Translations under genes and position numbers: made by a program
From: Faecousia sp.
GTDB lineage: Bacteria > Bacillota > Clostridia > Oscillospirales > Oscillospiraceae
Direction: 5' to 3'
DNA: 64,000 nt
Assembly (NCBI GenBank): GCA_045648245.1
Contig: JAZRNS010000078.1
Span: forward strand, 178 to 64,177
In this document: positions 35,078 through 46,122 of the stretch, in pieces
How positions within the stretch are numbered: position 1 is the stretch's first letter
Layout of the letters: the number at the start of each line of letters is the position of its first letter
Notes under the pieces: generated by a model
Seen by the model: only the letters and a program-made list of their open reading frames with translations
What the model was told of the DNA's origin: nothing
Databases searched by the model: none

Positions 35078-36351
35078 TCAAAATTTTGAAGTTTGGAGAG
35101 GTGTCTCCTGAGGAGATTTTTGCACGGGCGCAATCGGAGGTCAAGGTTGAGGCTATCGTTGCAGAAATAATAAAGAATGTACGCACAAATGGTGATGAAG
35201 CATTGCTTTATTACTGCGAGAAGTTTGATAGAGCAAAGCTTACGGATTTGGCAGTATCTCAGGAAGAGATCGATGAAGCGGTTCAAAGTGTGGAGCCGGA
35301 ATTTTTAAGAATCCTAAATGCTGCGGCTGAAAATATTCGCGCATACCATCAAAAGCAGGTGCGCCACGGATACCGGATCGAAAAGGAAGATGGCGTCATC
35401 CTCGGTCAAAAGATAACCCCTGTAGATCGTGCCGGATTATATGTTCCCGGCGGTACAGCAGCCTATCCGTCAACCGTTTTGATGGATGCAATCCCTGCCA
35501 AAATCGCAGGGTGTAGGGAAGTGGTTATGGTTACACCGCCTTCCCAAAACGGAAAGATCAATCCGGTAATACTGGCGGCCGCCAGTGTTGCAGGCATTGA
35601 TAAGATATTTAAAGTTGGCGGCGCACAAGCCATCGCTGCTTTGGCATATGGAACTCAGACCATTCCCCAGGTGGACAAGATCGTGGGCCCCGGCAATGCC
35701 TTTGTTGCGGAGGCAAACAAGCAGCTCTTTGGACAGGTTTCTATCGATATGATCGCCGGTCCCAGCGAGATCCTGATCATTGCAGACGGAAAAACAGATC
35801 CGTCGCATGCTGCGGCAGATTTGCTTTCTCAGGCAGAGCATGATAAGATGGCGAGTGCTGTTTTGGTAACAGATTCCATGCCTCTGGCAATGGCTGTTAG
35901 TGCAGAATTGGAAAAGCAGATACCCAACCTTCTGCGAAGCGACATTGCCCGTGCCTCTATCGACAACAATGGCAAGATCATCGTTGCCGATACTCTGGAG
36001 GAGGTAATCGAGATTTCTAATCAGATCGCCCCGGAGCACTTGGAATTGTTACTGGATAATCCCTTTGATTATCTGGATTCGATCCGCCATGCCGGATCGA
36101 TCTTTATGGGCCGTAATTGCCCTGAGGCTTTGGGTGATTATTATGCCGGCCCCAATCATACGCTGCCAACAAGCGGAACGGCACGGTTCTCCAGTCCCTT
36201 GTCGGTGGATGATTTTACAAAGAAAACACAGTATACTTATTATACGAAACAAGCACTTTCCCGTGTTGCAGCGGATGTTGCTTATTTTGCGGAAAAGGAA
36301 GGCTTGACCGCACATGCAAAGAGTGCTGTGATTCGTACGGAGGAGAAATAA
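35074..36351 (+). CDS. hisD: Histidinol dehydrogenase
   Basis: YVPGG.A.YPS, DMIAGPSE, QAEHD, APEHLE, GPNHTLPT. Confidence 0.95.
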   Translation: MIKILKFGEVSPEEIFARAQSEVKVEAIVAEIIKNVRTNGDEALLYYCEKFDRAKLTDLAVSQEEIDEAVQSVEPEFLRILNAAAENIRAYHQKQVRHGYRIEKEDGVILGQKITPVDRAGLYVPGGTAAYPSTVLMDAIPAKIAGCREVVMVTPPSQNGKINPVILAAASVAGIDKIFKVGGAQAIAALAYGTQTIPQVDKIVGPGNAFVAEANKQLFGQVSIDMIAGPSEILIIADGKTDPSHAAADLLSQAEHDKMASAVLVTDSMPLAMAVSAELEKQIPNLLRSDIARASIDNNGKIIVADTLEEVIEISNQIAPEHLELLLDNPFDYLDSIRHAGSIFMGRNCPEALGDYYAGPNHTLPTSGTARFSSPLSVDDFTKKTQYTYYTKQALSRVAADVAYFAEKEGLTAHAKSAVIRTEEK

Positions 36352-37410
36352 GTGAGTCGTTTCTTTACTTCTAAATATTCCAATCTGACACCCTATACCC
36401 CTGGTGAACAGCCGAAGGATATGCAATATATTAAGCTGAACACCAATGAATCACCCTTTCCTCCTGCACCGAAGGTGCAGGAATTGGCAGCGGCAGCGGC
36501 CGGCGATCTGCAGCTATATTCTGACCCTGAGTGTCGGGAACTGGTGAAGGTTGCCGCAAAATATTTCGGTGTGAATACAGATGAGATTCTTTTCACAAAC
36601 GGATCTGATGAAATTTTAAATTTTGCGTTTATGGCATTTTGTGAAAAGGGTGCGGTATTTCCGGATATTACATACGGGTTCTACTCTGTTTTTGCAGAAC
36701 TCAACGGTGTTGCTTATGAACAGATTCCCTTACAGCCGGATTTTACAGTGAATATTGCGCCTTACCTTGGCGTAAATAAAACGGTTTTTCTTGCAAATCC
36801 CAATGCCCCTACCGGCATAGCGCTGAGCGCGGAACAAATAGAGCGCATTGTGCAGAGCAATCCTGATAATGTGGTTGTGATCGACGAGGCGTATGTAGAC
36901 TTTGGGGCGCAAAGTGTGATCCCGCTGATCAAAAAGTATAGCAATTTGTTGGTAACCCAAACTTTTTCCAAATCCCGTTCCCTGGCGGGTGGCAGATTGG
37001 GATTTGGCATCGGCAATAAGGAATTGATTCAGGATTTAAATACCATTAAGTATTCTACCAATCCTTATAATGTGAACCGCATGACAGCGGCAGCAGGAAT
37101 CGGCGCACTTGCCGATGATGATTATACGAGAGCAAATTGTAAGAAGATTGAAGAAAATCGCATCTGGACAGCCGAGAAATTAAAAGATCTTGGCTTTACT
37201 ATGACCGATTCCATGACCAATTTTCTCTTTGCAAAGCATAAAACCGCCGACGGAAAAGAAATCTACTTACGCCTGAAGGATAAAGGTGTTCTTGTTCGCC
37301 ACTTTGATAAGGAAGGGCTGAAAGATTATAACCGCATCACCATTGGCAGTAAGGAGCAGATGGAAACCTTTATAGAAAAGCTAAGTGAAGTGTTGAAGGA
37401 GTTATTATGA
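36352..37410 (+). CDS. hisC: Histidinol-phosphate aminotransferase
   Basis: KLNTNESP, NPNAPTG, DEAY, TFSKSRSLAGGRLG. Confidence 0.95.
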   Translation: MSRFFTSKYSNLTPYTPGEQPKDMQYIKLNTNESPFPPAPKVQELAAAAAGDLQLYSDPECRELVKVAAKYFGVNTDEILFTNGSDEILNFAFMAFCEKGAVFPDITYGFYSVFAELNGVAYEQIPLQPDFTVNIAPYLGVNKTVFLANPNAPTGIALSAEQIERIVQSNPDNVVVIDEAYVDFGAQSVIPLIKKYSNLLVTQTFSKSRSLAGGRLGFGIGNKELIQDLNTIKYSTNPYNVNRMTAAAGIGALADDDYTRANCKKIEENRIWTAEKLKDLGFTMTDSMTNFLFAKHKTADGKEIYLRLKDKGVLVRHFDKEGLKDYNRITIGSKEQMETFIEKLSEVLKELL

Positions 37411-37994
37411 GAACAGCAACTATAAACAGAAAGACAAACGAAACGGATATTCAGCTAACATTGAATGTGGATGGCTCCGGTAAGAGTGATATCAATAGTG
37501 GCTGCGGATTTTTGGATCATATGCTAACACTTTTTGCCAAACATGGCAGATTCGATATTTCCTTAACATGTAAGGGTGATACCCATGTGGACGATCATCA
37601 CACAGTTGAAGATATCGGTATTGCCTTAGGTCAGGCGTTTTCTGAGGCAATCGGCGACAAAAAGGGGATGGTACGCTATGGCTATATGATCCTGCCTATG
37701 GACGAATCGCTGATCTTATCGGCTGTAGATTTTTCCGGCAGAGCTTATCTTGCCTACGATTTGGATATTCCCACTGAGAAGGTCGGTTCCTTTGATACCC
37801 AGTTGGTGGAAGAGTTTTGGTACGGCTTTGTGCGCAATGCAGATGCAACGCTGCATATTAAGCAGCTTGACGGCACAAATTCTCACCACATTATCGAAGG
37901 CGCTTTTAAATCCGTTGCCCATAGTATCGGCAATGCTACAAAGATCGATCCGGATTTTTCTAACGAAGTATTCTCCACGAAGGGTGTTTTATAA
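37407..37994 (+). CDS. hisB: Imidazoleglycerol-phosphate dehydratase
   Basis: DDHHTVED, NSHHIIE, STKGVL. Confidence 0.95.
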   Translation: MRTATINRKTNETDIQLTLNVDGSGKSDINSGCGFLDHMLTLFAKHGRFDISLTCKGDTHVDDHHTVEDIGIALGQAFSEAIGDKKGMVRYGYMILPMDESLILSAVDFSGRAYLAYDLDIPTEKVGSFDTQLVEEFWYGFVRNADATLHIKQLDGTNSHHIIEGAFKSVAHSIGNATKIDPDFSNEVFSTKGVL

Positions 37995-38611
37995 TGGTAG
38001 CCATTGTTGATTATGGTGTCGGTAACTTATTTTCTTTAAAATGTTCTTTAGATGCAATCGGCGCGCAGGTAGTTGTAACAGAAGATCCGCAAATTCTTGA
38101 AAAGGCAGATCAGATTATTCTTCCCGGCGTTGGTGCATTTGAAGATGCAGCCCAAAAATTGCGGGATAAGGGCTTGGATCAGGTCCTTATCAGGCTGGCA
38201 AAATCAGGAAAGCCAATTCTTGGCATCTGCCTTGGTATGCAGATGCTATTTCAGACCAGTTATGAATATGGTTGCCACCAGGGACTGGGCTTGATCAAAG
38301 GATCCGTAGTTCCAATGAAGGGCGCAATTCCTCAAGATTTGAAGATCCCCCATATTGGCTGGAATCCGCTGATCTTTAAGAAGGATAGCCCATTGTTTGC
38401 TAATATTAACAATGGCGATTCGGTTTATTTTGTCCATTCCTATTATGCAACCGACTGTGATGATGCAGTGATCGCAACAGCGGAGTACGGTGCGGAATTG
38501 ACTGCAGCAGTTGAAAAAGACAATATATTTGGATGCCAGTTTCATCCGGAAAAGAGCGGAAAAGTTGGCCTTGGGATTTTGAAGAGCTTTGTGGAAATGA
38601 AGGAGAATTAA
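37994..38611 (+). CDS. hisH: IGP synthase glutaminase subunit
   Basis: DYGVGN, PGVGAF, GICLGMQ, QFHPEKS. Confidence 0.95.
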   Translation: MVAIVDYGVGNLFSLKCSLDAIGAQVVVTEDPQILEKADQIILPGVGAFEDAAQKLRDKGLDQVLIRLAKSGKPILGICLGMQMLFQTSYEYGCHQGLGLIKGSVVPMKGAIPQDLKIPHIGWNPLIFKKDSPLFANINNGDSVYFVHSYYATDCDDAVIATAEYGAELTAAVEKDNIFGCQFHPEKSGKVGLGILKSFVEMKEN

Positions 38612-38613
38612 TT

Positions 38614-39327
38614 ATGCTGATTTACCCTGCGATCGACCTGTATGGCGGAAAAGCAGTCCGGTTGCTGAAAGGCGATTATGCGCAAATGACCGTTTATAGC
38701 CACAACCCTGTGGATGTTGCGCTGGATTTTCTAAGCAGTGGTGCAACCCATATCCATATGGTGGATTTGGAAGGTGCAAAGCTTGGTACAACACCCAATC
38801 TTGACACGGTTGTGAGCATAAAAAAAGCCACCGGTCTGTTTTGTCAGATCGGCGGTGGTATTCGTACCCTGGAGACCATAGAGCGTTATATTTCTGCCGG
38901 TATTGACCGGGTTATCTTAGGTACTGCGGCGGTAACGGAAGCTGGCTTTGTAGAAACTGCTGTTGAAAAATATGGAGATAAAATCGCAGTAGGAATCGAT
39001 ATTAAGGATGGCTATGTTGCCATTAAGGGTTGGACAGAAACATCGGAACTGGACGCATTTTCATTCTGCGACAGGATGGAAAAGATTGGAGTAAAGACGA
39101 TTATCTGTACAGATATTTCCAAGGACGGTGCTATGCAGGGCGCAAATCACAGCCTGTATGAGGCATTATCTGCGCGTTTTGCAATCAATGTAATTGCATC
39201 CGGCGGCGTTTCTTCTATGTTAGACATTCAAAAACTCTCTGCGTTAAATATACATGGCGCGATTATCGGCAAGGCGTATTATACCGGCGCAATCAAGCTC
39301 ATAGAGGCAATTGAGGTGGCAAAGTGA
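38614..39327 (+). CDS. hisA: ProFAR isomerase
   Basis: PAIDL.GGKAVRL.KGDY, GGGIR, TDISKDG, ASGGV; AAGGAG RBS before ATG 38614. Confidence 0.95.
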   Translation: MLIYPAIDLYGGKAVRLLKGDYAQMTVYSHNPVDVALDFLSSGATHIHMVDLEGAKLGTTPNLDTVVSIKKATGLFCQIGGGIRTLETIERYISAGIDRVILGTAAVTEAGFVETAVEKYGDKIAVGIDIKDGYVAIKGWTETSELDAFSFCDRMEKIGVKTIICTDISKDGAMQGANHSLYEALSARFAINVIASGGVSSMLDIQKLSALNIHGAIIGKAYYTGAIKLIEAIEVAK

Positions 39328-40082
39328 TTACAAAGAGAATTATTCCGTGCCTGGATGTTAAGGATGGACGCGTCGTTAAGGGTGTGAACTTTGAAGGCTT
39401 GAATGATGTTTCCTCGCCTGTATCCCTGGCAAGATATTATAGTGAATGCGGTGCGGACGAATTGGTCTTCTATGACATTACAGCTTCCAGTGATGGCCGA
39501 AAGATGTTTACAGACATCTTGGTTCAGACAGCAAGGGAAGTGTTTATTCCCTTGACAGTTGGCGGTGGAATCAACACACTGGATGATTTTGAACGGGTTT
39601 TAAATTGCGGTGCCGATAAGGTCAGTGTGAATTCCGGCGCTATTAAAAATCCGGAATTGATACGGGATGCTGCAAAAATTTACGGCGATCAATGTGTAGT
39701 CCTGTCTGTCGATGTGAAGCGGATAGACGGCGTGTTTCGCGTTTTTGCCAAGGGCGGACGGGAGAATACCGGCATGGAAGCAATAGAATGGATAAAACGC
39801 TGTATGGATAACGGTGCCGGTGAGATCGTTGTAAATTCTATTGATACAGACGGCGTAAAAAAAGGTTTCGACATTGAAATGTTAAGCTCTGTTTGTGAGG
39901 TAGCAAAGGTTCCGGTAATCGCCTCCGGCGGTGCGGGAAAAATTCAGGACTTTGTAACACTGTTTCAAAGCCTGCCCCAGGTTGATGCCGGTTTAGCTGC
40001 ATCGATCTTCCATTTTGGTGAGGTGTCGATTGCTGAGTTGAAAGCCGAAATGGTAAAGCATAATATTAACACAAGACGATAA
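39324..40082 (+). CDS. hisF: IGP synthase cyclase subunit
   Basis: [36 protein letters not shown]. Confidence 0.95.
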   Translation: MITKRIIPCLDVKDGRVVKGVNFEGLNDVSSPVSLARYYSECGADELVFYDITASSDGRKMFTDILVQTAREVFIPLTVGGGINTLDDFERVLNCGADKVSVNSGAIKNPELIRDAAKIYGDQCVVLSVDVKRIDGVFRVFAKGGRENTGMEAIEWIKRCMDNGAGEIVVNSIDTDGVKKGFDIEMLSSVCEVAKVPVIASGGAGKIQDFVTLFQSLPQVDAGLAASIFHFGEVSIAELKAEMVKHNINTRR

Positions 40083-40092
40083 GGAGTCAGTT

Positions 40093-40743
40093 ATGGTGGA
40101 TATAAAAAGTCTTAAGTTTGATGAAAACGGGTTAATTCCTGCCATTGTGGTAGATTCTGTTACTAAGAAGGTCTTGACCCTGGCATACATGAATGAAGAA
40201 AGCTTAAAAATCTCCATGGAGAAGGAATTGACCTGCTTTTATAGCCGTTCCCGTCAGGAGCTGTGGTTAAAAGGGGAGACCAGCGGCAATTATCAGCATA
40301 TTGTTTCCATTACAGCCGACTGCGATAATGATGCACTGATCGTGGTAGTGGAGCCCGATGGTCCTGCATGCCACAAGGGTACATTCTCTTGCTTTGAAAA
40401 TGCAGTTTTTCAGAGTGAGAACCACCATGAATTTTCCTATCAGGGTCTGATGGATTTGATTCAGGGCAGAAAGATCAATAAGCAGGAAGGTTCTTATACA
40501 ACCTATCTGTTTGAGAAGGGCTTGGATAAGATACTAAAAAAGATCGGCGAGGAATCCACAGAGGTAATTATTGCCGCCAAGGATAATGATAAGAAAGAAA
40601 CAGTCTATGAGATCGCAGATCTTGCCTATCATGTTATGGTGCTCATGATCGAAATGGGTATTTCCTTAGAAGATATCCATAAAGAGCTTGCGTCTCGCCA
40701 TGTGATAGATCATAAGGTAAAGCAGGAGAAAATGACAAAATGA
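40093..40743 (+). CDS. hisIE: Bifunctional PR-AMP cyclohydrolase / PR-ATP pyrophosphatase
   Basis: [40 protein letters not shown]. Confidence 0.95.
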   Translation: MVDIKSLKFDENGLIPAIVVDSVTKKVLTLAYMNEESLKISMEKELTCFYSRSRQELWLKGETSGNYQHIVSITADCDNDALIVVVEPDGPACHKGTFSCFENAVFQSENHHEFSYQGLMDLIQGRKINKQEGSYTTYLFEKGLDKILKKIGEESTEVIIAAKDNDKKETVYEIADLAYHVMVLMIEMGISLEDIHKELASRHVIDHKVKQEKMTK

Positions 40744-41519
40744 TAACCGTAGATCTTCATGTGCACACCCGTTTTTCTGATGGAAAGAACAAACCGCAGG
40801 AAGTGGTGCCGGCTGCAATCAAAAAGGGGTTGAAAACGATTGGCATTTCAGACCATTCTTTTACTCCGTTTAGTAAGCAGTATTGTATGCATTTACGACA
40901 ATATCCTAGATATATCCGGATGCTCCACAGGTTAAAAAAGAAATATCAGGATTCTATTGAAGTGCTGTGTGGTATAGAGCTGGACTATTATTCAGAAAAG
41001 CAGGGCAGTGGCTTTGATTATGTAATCGGTTCGGTTCATTATGTAAAAAAGAATGGCGAATATATACCCATTGACTATTCCGCACAAACACTGTTGGATG
41101 CAGTAAAGAAGCATTATCATGGTGATATATATGGGCTTGTGGAGGATTACTATGGGCTGGTTGGAGAACTTGCGGAGAAAATGCAGCCGTCAATTATTGG
41201 TCATTTCGACTTGATTACAAAGTTTTGCGAGCAAACAACGCTGTTTGATCAAAATAACCCCCGATATGTTGCCGCCTGGAAAGCAGCGGCAGATAAGCTT
41301 TTAAAGGCAAATATTCCTTTTGAGATCAACACCGGTGCCATTTCCCGGGGTTATCGAACAACCCCTTATCCGGCACAGGATATCAGGGACTATATCGTGG
41401 AAAACGGCGGAACTTTCATTGCTTCCAGTGATAGCCATAATGCCAATACATTGGCATTTGCCTTTGATAGCATCGAAGAAGCTGCAGTTTTTAACCCTTT
41501 GGCATATGTCATAAAATAA
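40740..41519 (+). CDS. hisK: PHP-family histidinol-phosphatase
   Basis: DLHVHT, SDHS, GSVH, GHFD, SDSH; last gene of the his cluster. Confidence 0.8.
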   Translation: MITVDLHVHTRFSDGKNKPQEVVPAAIKKGLKTIGISDHSFTPFSKQYCMHLRQYPRYIRMLHRLKKKYQDSIEVLCGIELDYYSEKQGSGFDYVIGSVHYVKKNGEYIPIDYSAQTLLDAVKKHYHGDIYGLVEDYYGLVGELAEKMQPSIIGHFDLITKFCEQTTLFDQNNPRYVAAWKAAADKLLKANIPFEINTGAISRGYRTTPYPAQDIRDYIVENGGTFIASSDSHNANTLAFAFDSIEEAAVFNPLAYVIK

Positions 41520-41537
41520 ATCAGCGCGAGGGACTAT

Positions 41538-42689
41538 ATGAACGAAAAAGAAATTGGCGAGATTCGGCGAAGAGTTCGGCGGGATCGCAGTAATATGATT
41601 GCGATTTACGGCTGCTATGTAAACGGGCAGAAGGAAATTGTTTCTGAATTTAAAAAGAGTACGGCCACAATGTCTGAAAGCGAAGCCGAAAAGTATTTTG
41701 GGCTTTTAAAACGCACCCTTTCCGGCGGTATTGGTAAAAACCTGCTGGATATTCGTTTTCAGACCTCCCAGGTAGCCGATTCCAGCGAGCATAAGCTGCT
41801 TATGGATTTGCGCAGCACAGCATTAAAAGATGAGGATCTTCGTCTTGCCTTATATCAGAAGATTATCAACGCCGTTTCCTTTGACGAGGGATTTTTGATT
41901 CTTTTGGGTTGCGAGACTTACGATGTTCCCTTTAAGAGCAAAGATGGACAGCAGCAGGCGGATGCTTCCGGTGAAATCTATACATACATGATGTGTGCAG
42001 TATGCCCTGTAAAGCTTGCAAAGCCTAATTTGCACTATGATGCAAGCAGCAAGGAGTTTCAGGATGGCGGTGCGGTGAATGTTGTGAGCGCGCCGGAAAT
42101 GGGATTTTTATTCCCAGCCTTTGATGACCGTGCTCCTAATATTTATAATGCACTGTATTATACCCACAGTGCAAAGGATAACCAGCCGGATCTGATCAGC
42201 GCATTGTTCTGCACCCAGCCGCCAAAGCCTGCGGCTGAGCAGAAGAAATCCTTTGAGGCGCTTTTGGGCGCAACCTTGGACAAGGAATGTAGCTTGGATG
42301 TGGTGCAAACAGTCCACGATCAGCTTCGGCAATGCATCGAAATGCACAAGGAAAGCAAAGTTCCGGAGCCTTTGCTAATTTCCAAGGAGCAGGTAAAGAC
42401 TGCATTAAAGAGTAGCGGTGTATCTGAAAACCATATTGCAAAATTTAGTATTGAATACGATGAAGCCTTTGGCTTTGAGGCAGAGCTGCATCCTAAAAAT
42501 ATTATTGACAATCGTAAGTTTTTGATCAACACGCCAGATGTGTCTATTCGTGTAAATCCTGAGCGGAGCGATTTGATCGAGACCCGCATTATTGGTGGCG
42601 TAAAGTACATTCTGATTTGCGCAGATGAAAATGTGGAAGTCAACGGTGTGAATATTCACATTGGAGAAGAAGAACCTATAAATGCATAA
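41538..42689 (+). CDS. DUF4317 family protein
   Basis: I.GCYV...K.IV, GFLFPAFDDR..NIY..LYY, KYILI.ADE.VEVNGV.I. Confidence 0.8.
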   Translation: MNEKEIGEIRRRVRRDRSNMIAIYGCYVNGQKEIVSEFKKSTATMSESEAEKYFGLLKRTLSGGIGKNLLDIRFQTSQVADSSEHKLLMDLRSTALKDEDLRLALYQKIINAVSFDEGFLILLGCETYDVPFKSKDGQQQADASGEIYTYMMCAVCPVKLAKPNLHYDASSKEFQDGGAVNVVSAPEMGFLFPAFDDRAPNIYNALYYTHSAKDNQPDLISALFCTQPPKPAAEQKKSFEALLGATLDKECSLDVVQTVHDQLRQCIEMHKESKVPEPLLISKEQVKTALKSSGVSENHIAKFSIEYDEAFGFEAELHPKNIIDNRKFLINTPDVSIRVNPERSDLIETRIIGGVKYILICADENVEVNGVNIHIGEEEPINA

Positions 42690-42694
42690 AAACA

Positions 42695-42722
42695 CCCCCA
42701 CTGCATGTAATTGCGGTGGGGG
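42695..42722. terminator. Terminator between convergent genes
   Basis: CCCCCACTGCA-tgtaat-TGCGGTGGGGG. Confidence 0.65.
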
Positions 42723-42730
42723 AGCTAATT

Positions 42731-43342
42731 TTATTCTTTACTCTCGTTAACAAGATCAATAATGATCTGTGCGCACTTTTCAATACCAAGAACGCTTGTG
42801 CTCAGGCTGATATCATAATTTTGTGCCTGACCCCAATTCTGACCGGTGTAGTGCTGATAGTTGACCTTGCGGCGCTTGTCCTTTTCGTTCAGACGAGCCT
42901 CAGGACTCTTTTCAGATTCGCCGTAAAGTTTAACAATGCGATCAGCTCGGAAATCTTTGTCTGCATAAATAAATGTGTGCAGCGTGTCCTCGCGATCCTT
43001 GAGTATATAGTCGGCGTTGCGGCCTACGATCACACAAGGGCCCTTTTCAACCAACTGTAAAATCACACTGCATTGAATATTCCACAGAAAATCTGCAGTG
43101 GATAAACCGTTCATTGCGCCGGGAATACTGTGATGGGCAAAAGCATAAGAAAACAAACTCTTACCAGGGGCGTGTTCGCCGTGTTCCTCAATAAATTTCG
43201 GGGAGAAGCCAGATTCTAATGCGATATGATCCACCAGATCCTTATCGTAAAAAGGGATACCGAGCGCTTCTGCAACCATGCGGCCAACGGTACGGCCACC
43301 GCTACCAAACTCACGACTGATCGTTATGATCTTTTTTTCCAT
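42731..43342 (-). CDS. Cytidylate-kinase-like family protein
   Basis: ITISREFGSGGR, CVIVGR.AD, D.RR..NY..YTG..WG..NYD. Confidence 0.85.
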   Translation of the reverse strand: MEKKIITISREFGSGGRTVGRMVAEALGIPFYDKDLVDHIALESGFSPKFIEEHGEHAPGKSLFSYAFAHHSIPGAMNGLSTADFLWNIQCSVILQLVEKGPCVIVGRNADYILKDREDTLHTFIYADKDFRADRIVKLYGESEKSPEARLNEKDKRRKVNYQHYTGQNWGQAQNYDISLSTSVLGIEKCAQIIIDLVNESKE

Positions 43343-43451
43343 ATAAGACCCTCCTTTGAAAAACTTTACAATGTTATTATAACAAAGGCGGAAATTCTTG
43401 TCAATGAAATGTGTTTCGGCGTGAAGAACAAATGCCCACACGCCTTAAACA

Positions 43452-43607
43452 CTACATGATGTGCTCCTCGGCACAGTTGTCCAGAACTCGCATTCCCATT
43501 TCACCGGGGTCTGCAACGGAAAACATAGCGATGCTCTCTTCGTCAAATTTGGGACACAGCCGCGCCTGGGGATTCAGCCGTAGATCCTCTGTTTCCTTCT
43601 TTTTCAT
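43452..43607 (-). CDS. 51-aa small protein MKKKETEDLRLNPQARLCPKFDEESIAMFSVADPGEMGMRVLDNCAEEHIM (not in ORF track)
   Basis: AGAGGTGGT RBS, ATG at 43607, TAG at 43452-43454; fills the gap between divergent promoters. Confidence 0.55.
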   Translation of the reverse strand: MKKKETEDLRLNPQARLCPKFDEESIAMFSVADPGEMGMRVLDNCAEEHIM

Positions 43608-43654
43608 ATTACCACCTCTTTGTTATAGTTTTAACAAGAAGTGTGTTGATATGA

Positions 43655-43683
43655 TTGCCAAAATATAAAAGCTGTGATATAAT
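43655..43683 (+). promoter_or_regulatory. SigA promoter of tex
   Basis: TTGCCA-N17-TATAAT with extended TG. Confidence 0.65.
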
Positions 43684-43712
43684 TTTTGTATCAAAAACGA
43701 TGGGAGAAACAT

Positions 43713-45866
43713 ATGATTTCCATTATTGAAACCCTGTCTCAGGAGTTGGGTCAGAAGACAGCTTATGTTGAAAATGTAGTGAATTTGCTTGATGAAGGTA
43801 ATACAATTCCCTTTATTGCCCGATACCGTAAGGAAATGCACGGCAGTATGGATGATACCGCGCTGCGAACCTTGGAAACGCGCCTTGCATATCTGCGGAA
43901 TTTGCAGGAGCGGAAGGACGAGGTTTGTAAGGCGATCGCCGCACAGGAAAAACTGACCCAGGAACTGGAACAGAAGATTTTGGAGGCGGTAACCTTAGCA
44001 GAGGTTGAGGATTTGTACCGTCCTTACAAGCAGAAGCGTCGTACCCGTGCATCTGTTGCCAAGGAAAAGGGCCTGGAACCCCTTGCGCTTGCACTGTTTG
44101 CTCAAAATGGGGAAGACCCTGCTACACTTGCGCAGGACTATATCGACCCGGAGAAGGGCGTGGAGACTGTAGAAGACGCCCTTGACGGTGCGTCGGATAT
44201 TATTGCAGAAATGATCTCTGATGATCCCGATATTCGCAAGGCCCTTCGGCAAAAGATGGAGCGCTATGCCATTCTGACGGTGCAGGCAGAGGACGAGGAG
44301 AAGGAAAGCGTCTACGAGCTGTATTATAATTTCAGCGCACAGGTTTCCAAATTGCAGAATCACCAGATTCTTGCCATTAACCGAGGGGAAAAGGAAGGCT
44401 TTTTAAAGGTTTCTGCGTCGCTTCCCGGCATTGAAGGACAGGCATTGGTTTGTCGAATGGCATTGAAGCCCACAATGCAGGTATCTGCCTTTGTGCGCAC
44501 TGCAGCAGAAGATGCGTTTAACCGCTTGATCGCGCCCAGTGCAGAACGGGAACTGCGGAATTTGCTGTCCGACCGGGCAGCAGAAGCAGCAATCGCAAAC
44601 TTTGCGCTCAATCTCAAGCCCTTGCTTATGGCACGGCCGGTTAAGGGCTTTGTAACTATGGGTCTTGACCCCGGATACCGCAATGGCTGTAAGGTTGCCG
44701 TTGTGGACAGCACAGGCAAGGTGCTGGATACGGCGGTGGTATTTCCCACATTTTCTCAGCGCAAAAAGGAAGAAGCGATAGACATTCTTTCCCGCATGAT
44801 TCGCAAACACGGTGTTAAGCATATTGCAATCGGCAATGGTACAGCCTCCCGGGAGACGGAGGCCATGACTGTGGAAATGCTGAAGCTGGTTCCTGGTGTT
44901 AGCTATATGATCGTCAACGAGGCTGGTGCATCTGTGTACTCTGCCTCTAAACTGGCAGCAGAGGAATTCCCGGATTACGATGTGAACCTGCGTTCTGCAG
45001 TATCTATTGCCCGTAGAATGCAAGACCCGTTGGCAGAATTGGTTAAGATCGACCCTAAGGCCATCGGTGTCGGCCAATATCAGCACGATATGCCCCAGAA
45101 GGAGCTGGATGCTTCTTTGGGCGCAGTTGTGGAGGATTGCGTTAATGCTGTTGGTGTTGACCTGAATACTGCCTCCACAAGCCTGCTCCAAAGAGTTTCC
45201 GGACTTAATGGCACGATTTCTAAGAATATTGTTGCATACCGCGAGGAAAACGGTGCTTTTACTGCCAGAAGCCAGCTAAAGAAAGTACCGAAGCTTGGTC
45301 CCAAGGCATACCAGCAGTGTGCAGGTTTCCTGCGTGTTCCGGAAAGTAAGGAAATATTGGATAACACCGGTGTCCATCCGGAGTCCTACGATGCAGCGCT
45401 GAAATTACTGAATTTGTGCGGTTACGATAAGAAGGATGTTGCTGCCGGTGCCATTGACCAGTTGCAGGAACGCTTTGTTGAGTTTGGCATGGAAAAGGCG
45501 GCTGAAGATTGCGGCGTTGGCGTTCCTACTCTGGAAGATGTGGTAAAGGAACTACTAAAGCCCGGCAGAGATCCCCGAGATGAACTGCCTGCGCCCATCC
45601 TGCGCACGGATGTTTTGGAAATGAAGGATCTGAAATCTGGTATGGTTCTGTCCGGAACCGTGCGTAATGTGATCGACTTTGGTGTGTTTGTGGACATTGG
45701 CGTGCATCAGGACGGACTGGTTCATATTTCTCAAGTTTGTAACCGCAGAATTGCTCATCCCAAGGAAGTGGTTCAGGTGGGTGATATTGTGAAGGTCTGC
45801 GTGTTGGATGTGGACGAGAAACGTAAGCGCATTAGCCTGACAATGAAGAATATTCCCAATGAATAA
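43713..45866 (+). CDS. tex: Tex family RNA-binding transcription accessory protein
   Basis: EGNTIPFIARYRKE, DPGYRNGCK, GNGTASRET, GVGQYQHD, C-terminal S1 domain. Confidence 0.95.
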   Translation: MISIIETLSQELGQKTAYVENVVNLLDEGNTIPFIARYRKEMHGSMDDTALRTLETRLAYLRNLQERKDEVCKAIAAQEKLTQELEQKILEAVTLAEVEDLYRPYKQKRRTRASVAKEKGLEPLALALFAQNGEDPATLAQDYIDPEKGVETVEDALDGASDIIAEMISDDPDIRKALRQKMERYAILTVQAEDEEKESVYELYYNFSAQVSKLQNHQILAINRGEKEGFLKVSASLPGIEGQALVCRMALKPTMQVSAFVRTAAEDAFNRLIAPSAERELRNLLSDRAAEAAIANFALNLKPLLMARPVKGFVTMGLDPGYRNGCKVAVVDSTGKVLDTAVVFPTFSQRKKEEAIDILSRMIRKHGVKHIAIGNGTASRETEAMTVEMLKLVPGVSYMIVNEAGASVYSASKLAAEEFPDYDVNLRSAVSIARRMQDPLAELVKIDPKAIGVGQYQHDMPQKELDASLGAVVEDCVNAVGVDLNTASTSLLQRVSGLNGTISKNIVAYREENGAFTARSQLKKVPKLGPKAYQQCAGFLRVPESKEILDNTGVHPESYDAALKLLNLCGYDKKDVAAGAIDQLQERFVEFGMEKAAEDCGVGVPTLEDVVKELLKPGRDPRDELPAPILRTDVLEMKDLKSGMVLSGTVRNVIDFGVFVDIGVHQDGLVHISQVCNRRIAHPKEVVQVGDIVKVCVLDVDEKRKRISLTMKNIPNE

Positions 45867-45869
45867 TTA

Positions 45870-45899
45870 AATCCCTGCCTTGTTTCCAAGGCAGGGATT
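45870..45899 (+). terminator. Terminator of tex
   Basis: AATCCCTGCCTTG-tttc-CAAGGCAGGGATT. Confidence 0.8.
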
Positions 45900-45977
45900 C
45901 TTATGAAACAAAACATAATAGCCAGGTGTTGACATTTTTCGTAGAATGTGTATACTATATGTAGAAAATCCAATATA

Positions 45978-46095
45978 CCTATGAAGCTTCTCGGGACTTT
46001 AGGACCGAAAAGCTGAGGACTCTCTGGAGAACACATTGAGTTGTGTGCCGAAGGTGCAAGGCGAAAGCTGAATCTCTCAGGCAAACGGACGGAGA
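45978..46095 (+). ncRNA. Glycine riboswitch (singlet with 5' ghost aptamer)
   Basis: CTCTGGAGA...GCCGAAGGTGCAA...AATCTCTCAGGCAAACGGACGGAG aptamer; upstream stem GCTTcTCGG/CCGAaAAGC; promoter TTGACA-N16-TATACT at 45929-45956. Confidence 0.9.
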
Positions 46096-46122
46096 TGCTG
46101 ACATGTGCAGCTTTTCGATGTT

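Noticed and set aside
32837-41519. tRNA-Gly as an integration site with the his operon as an island
   Set aside because: No integrase and no duplicated tRNA 3' end was seen in the window.
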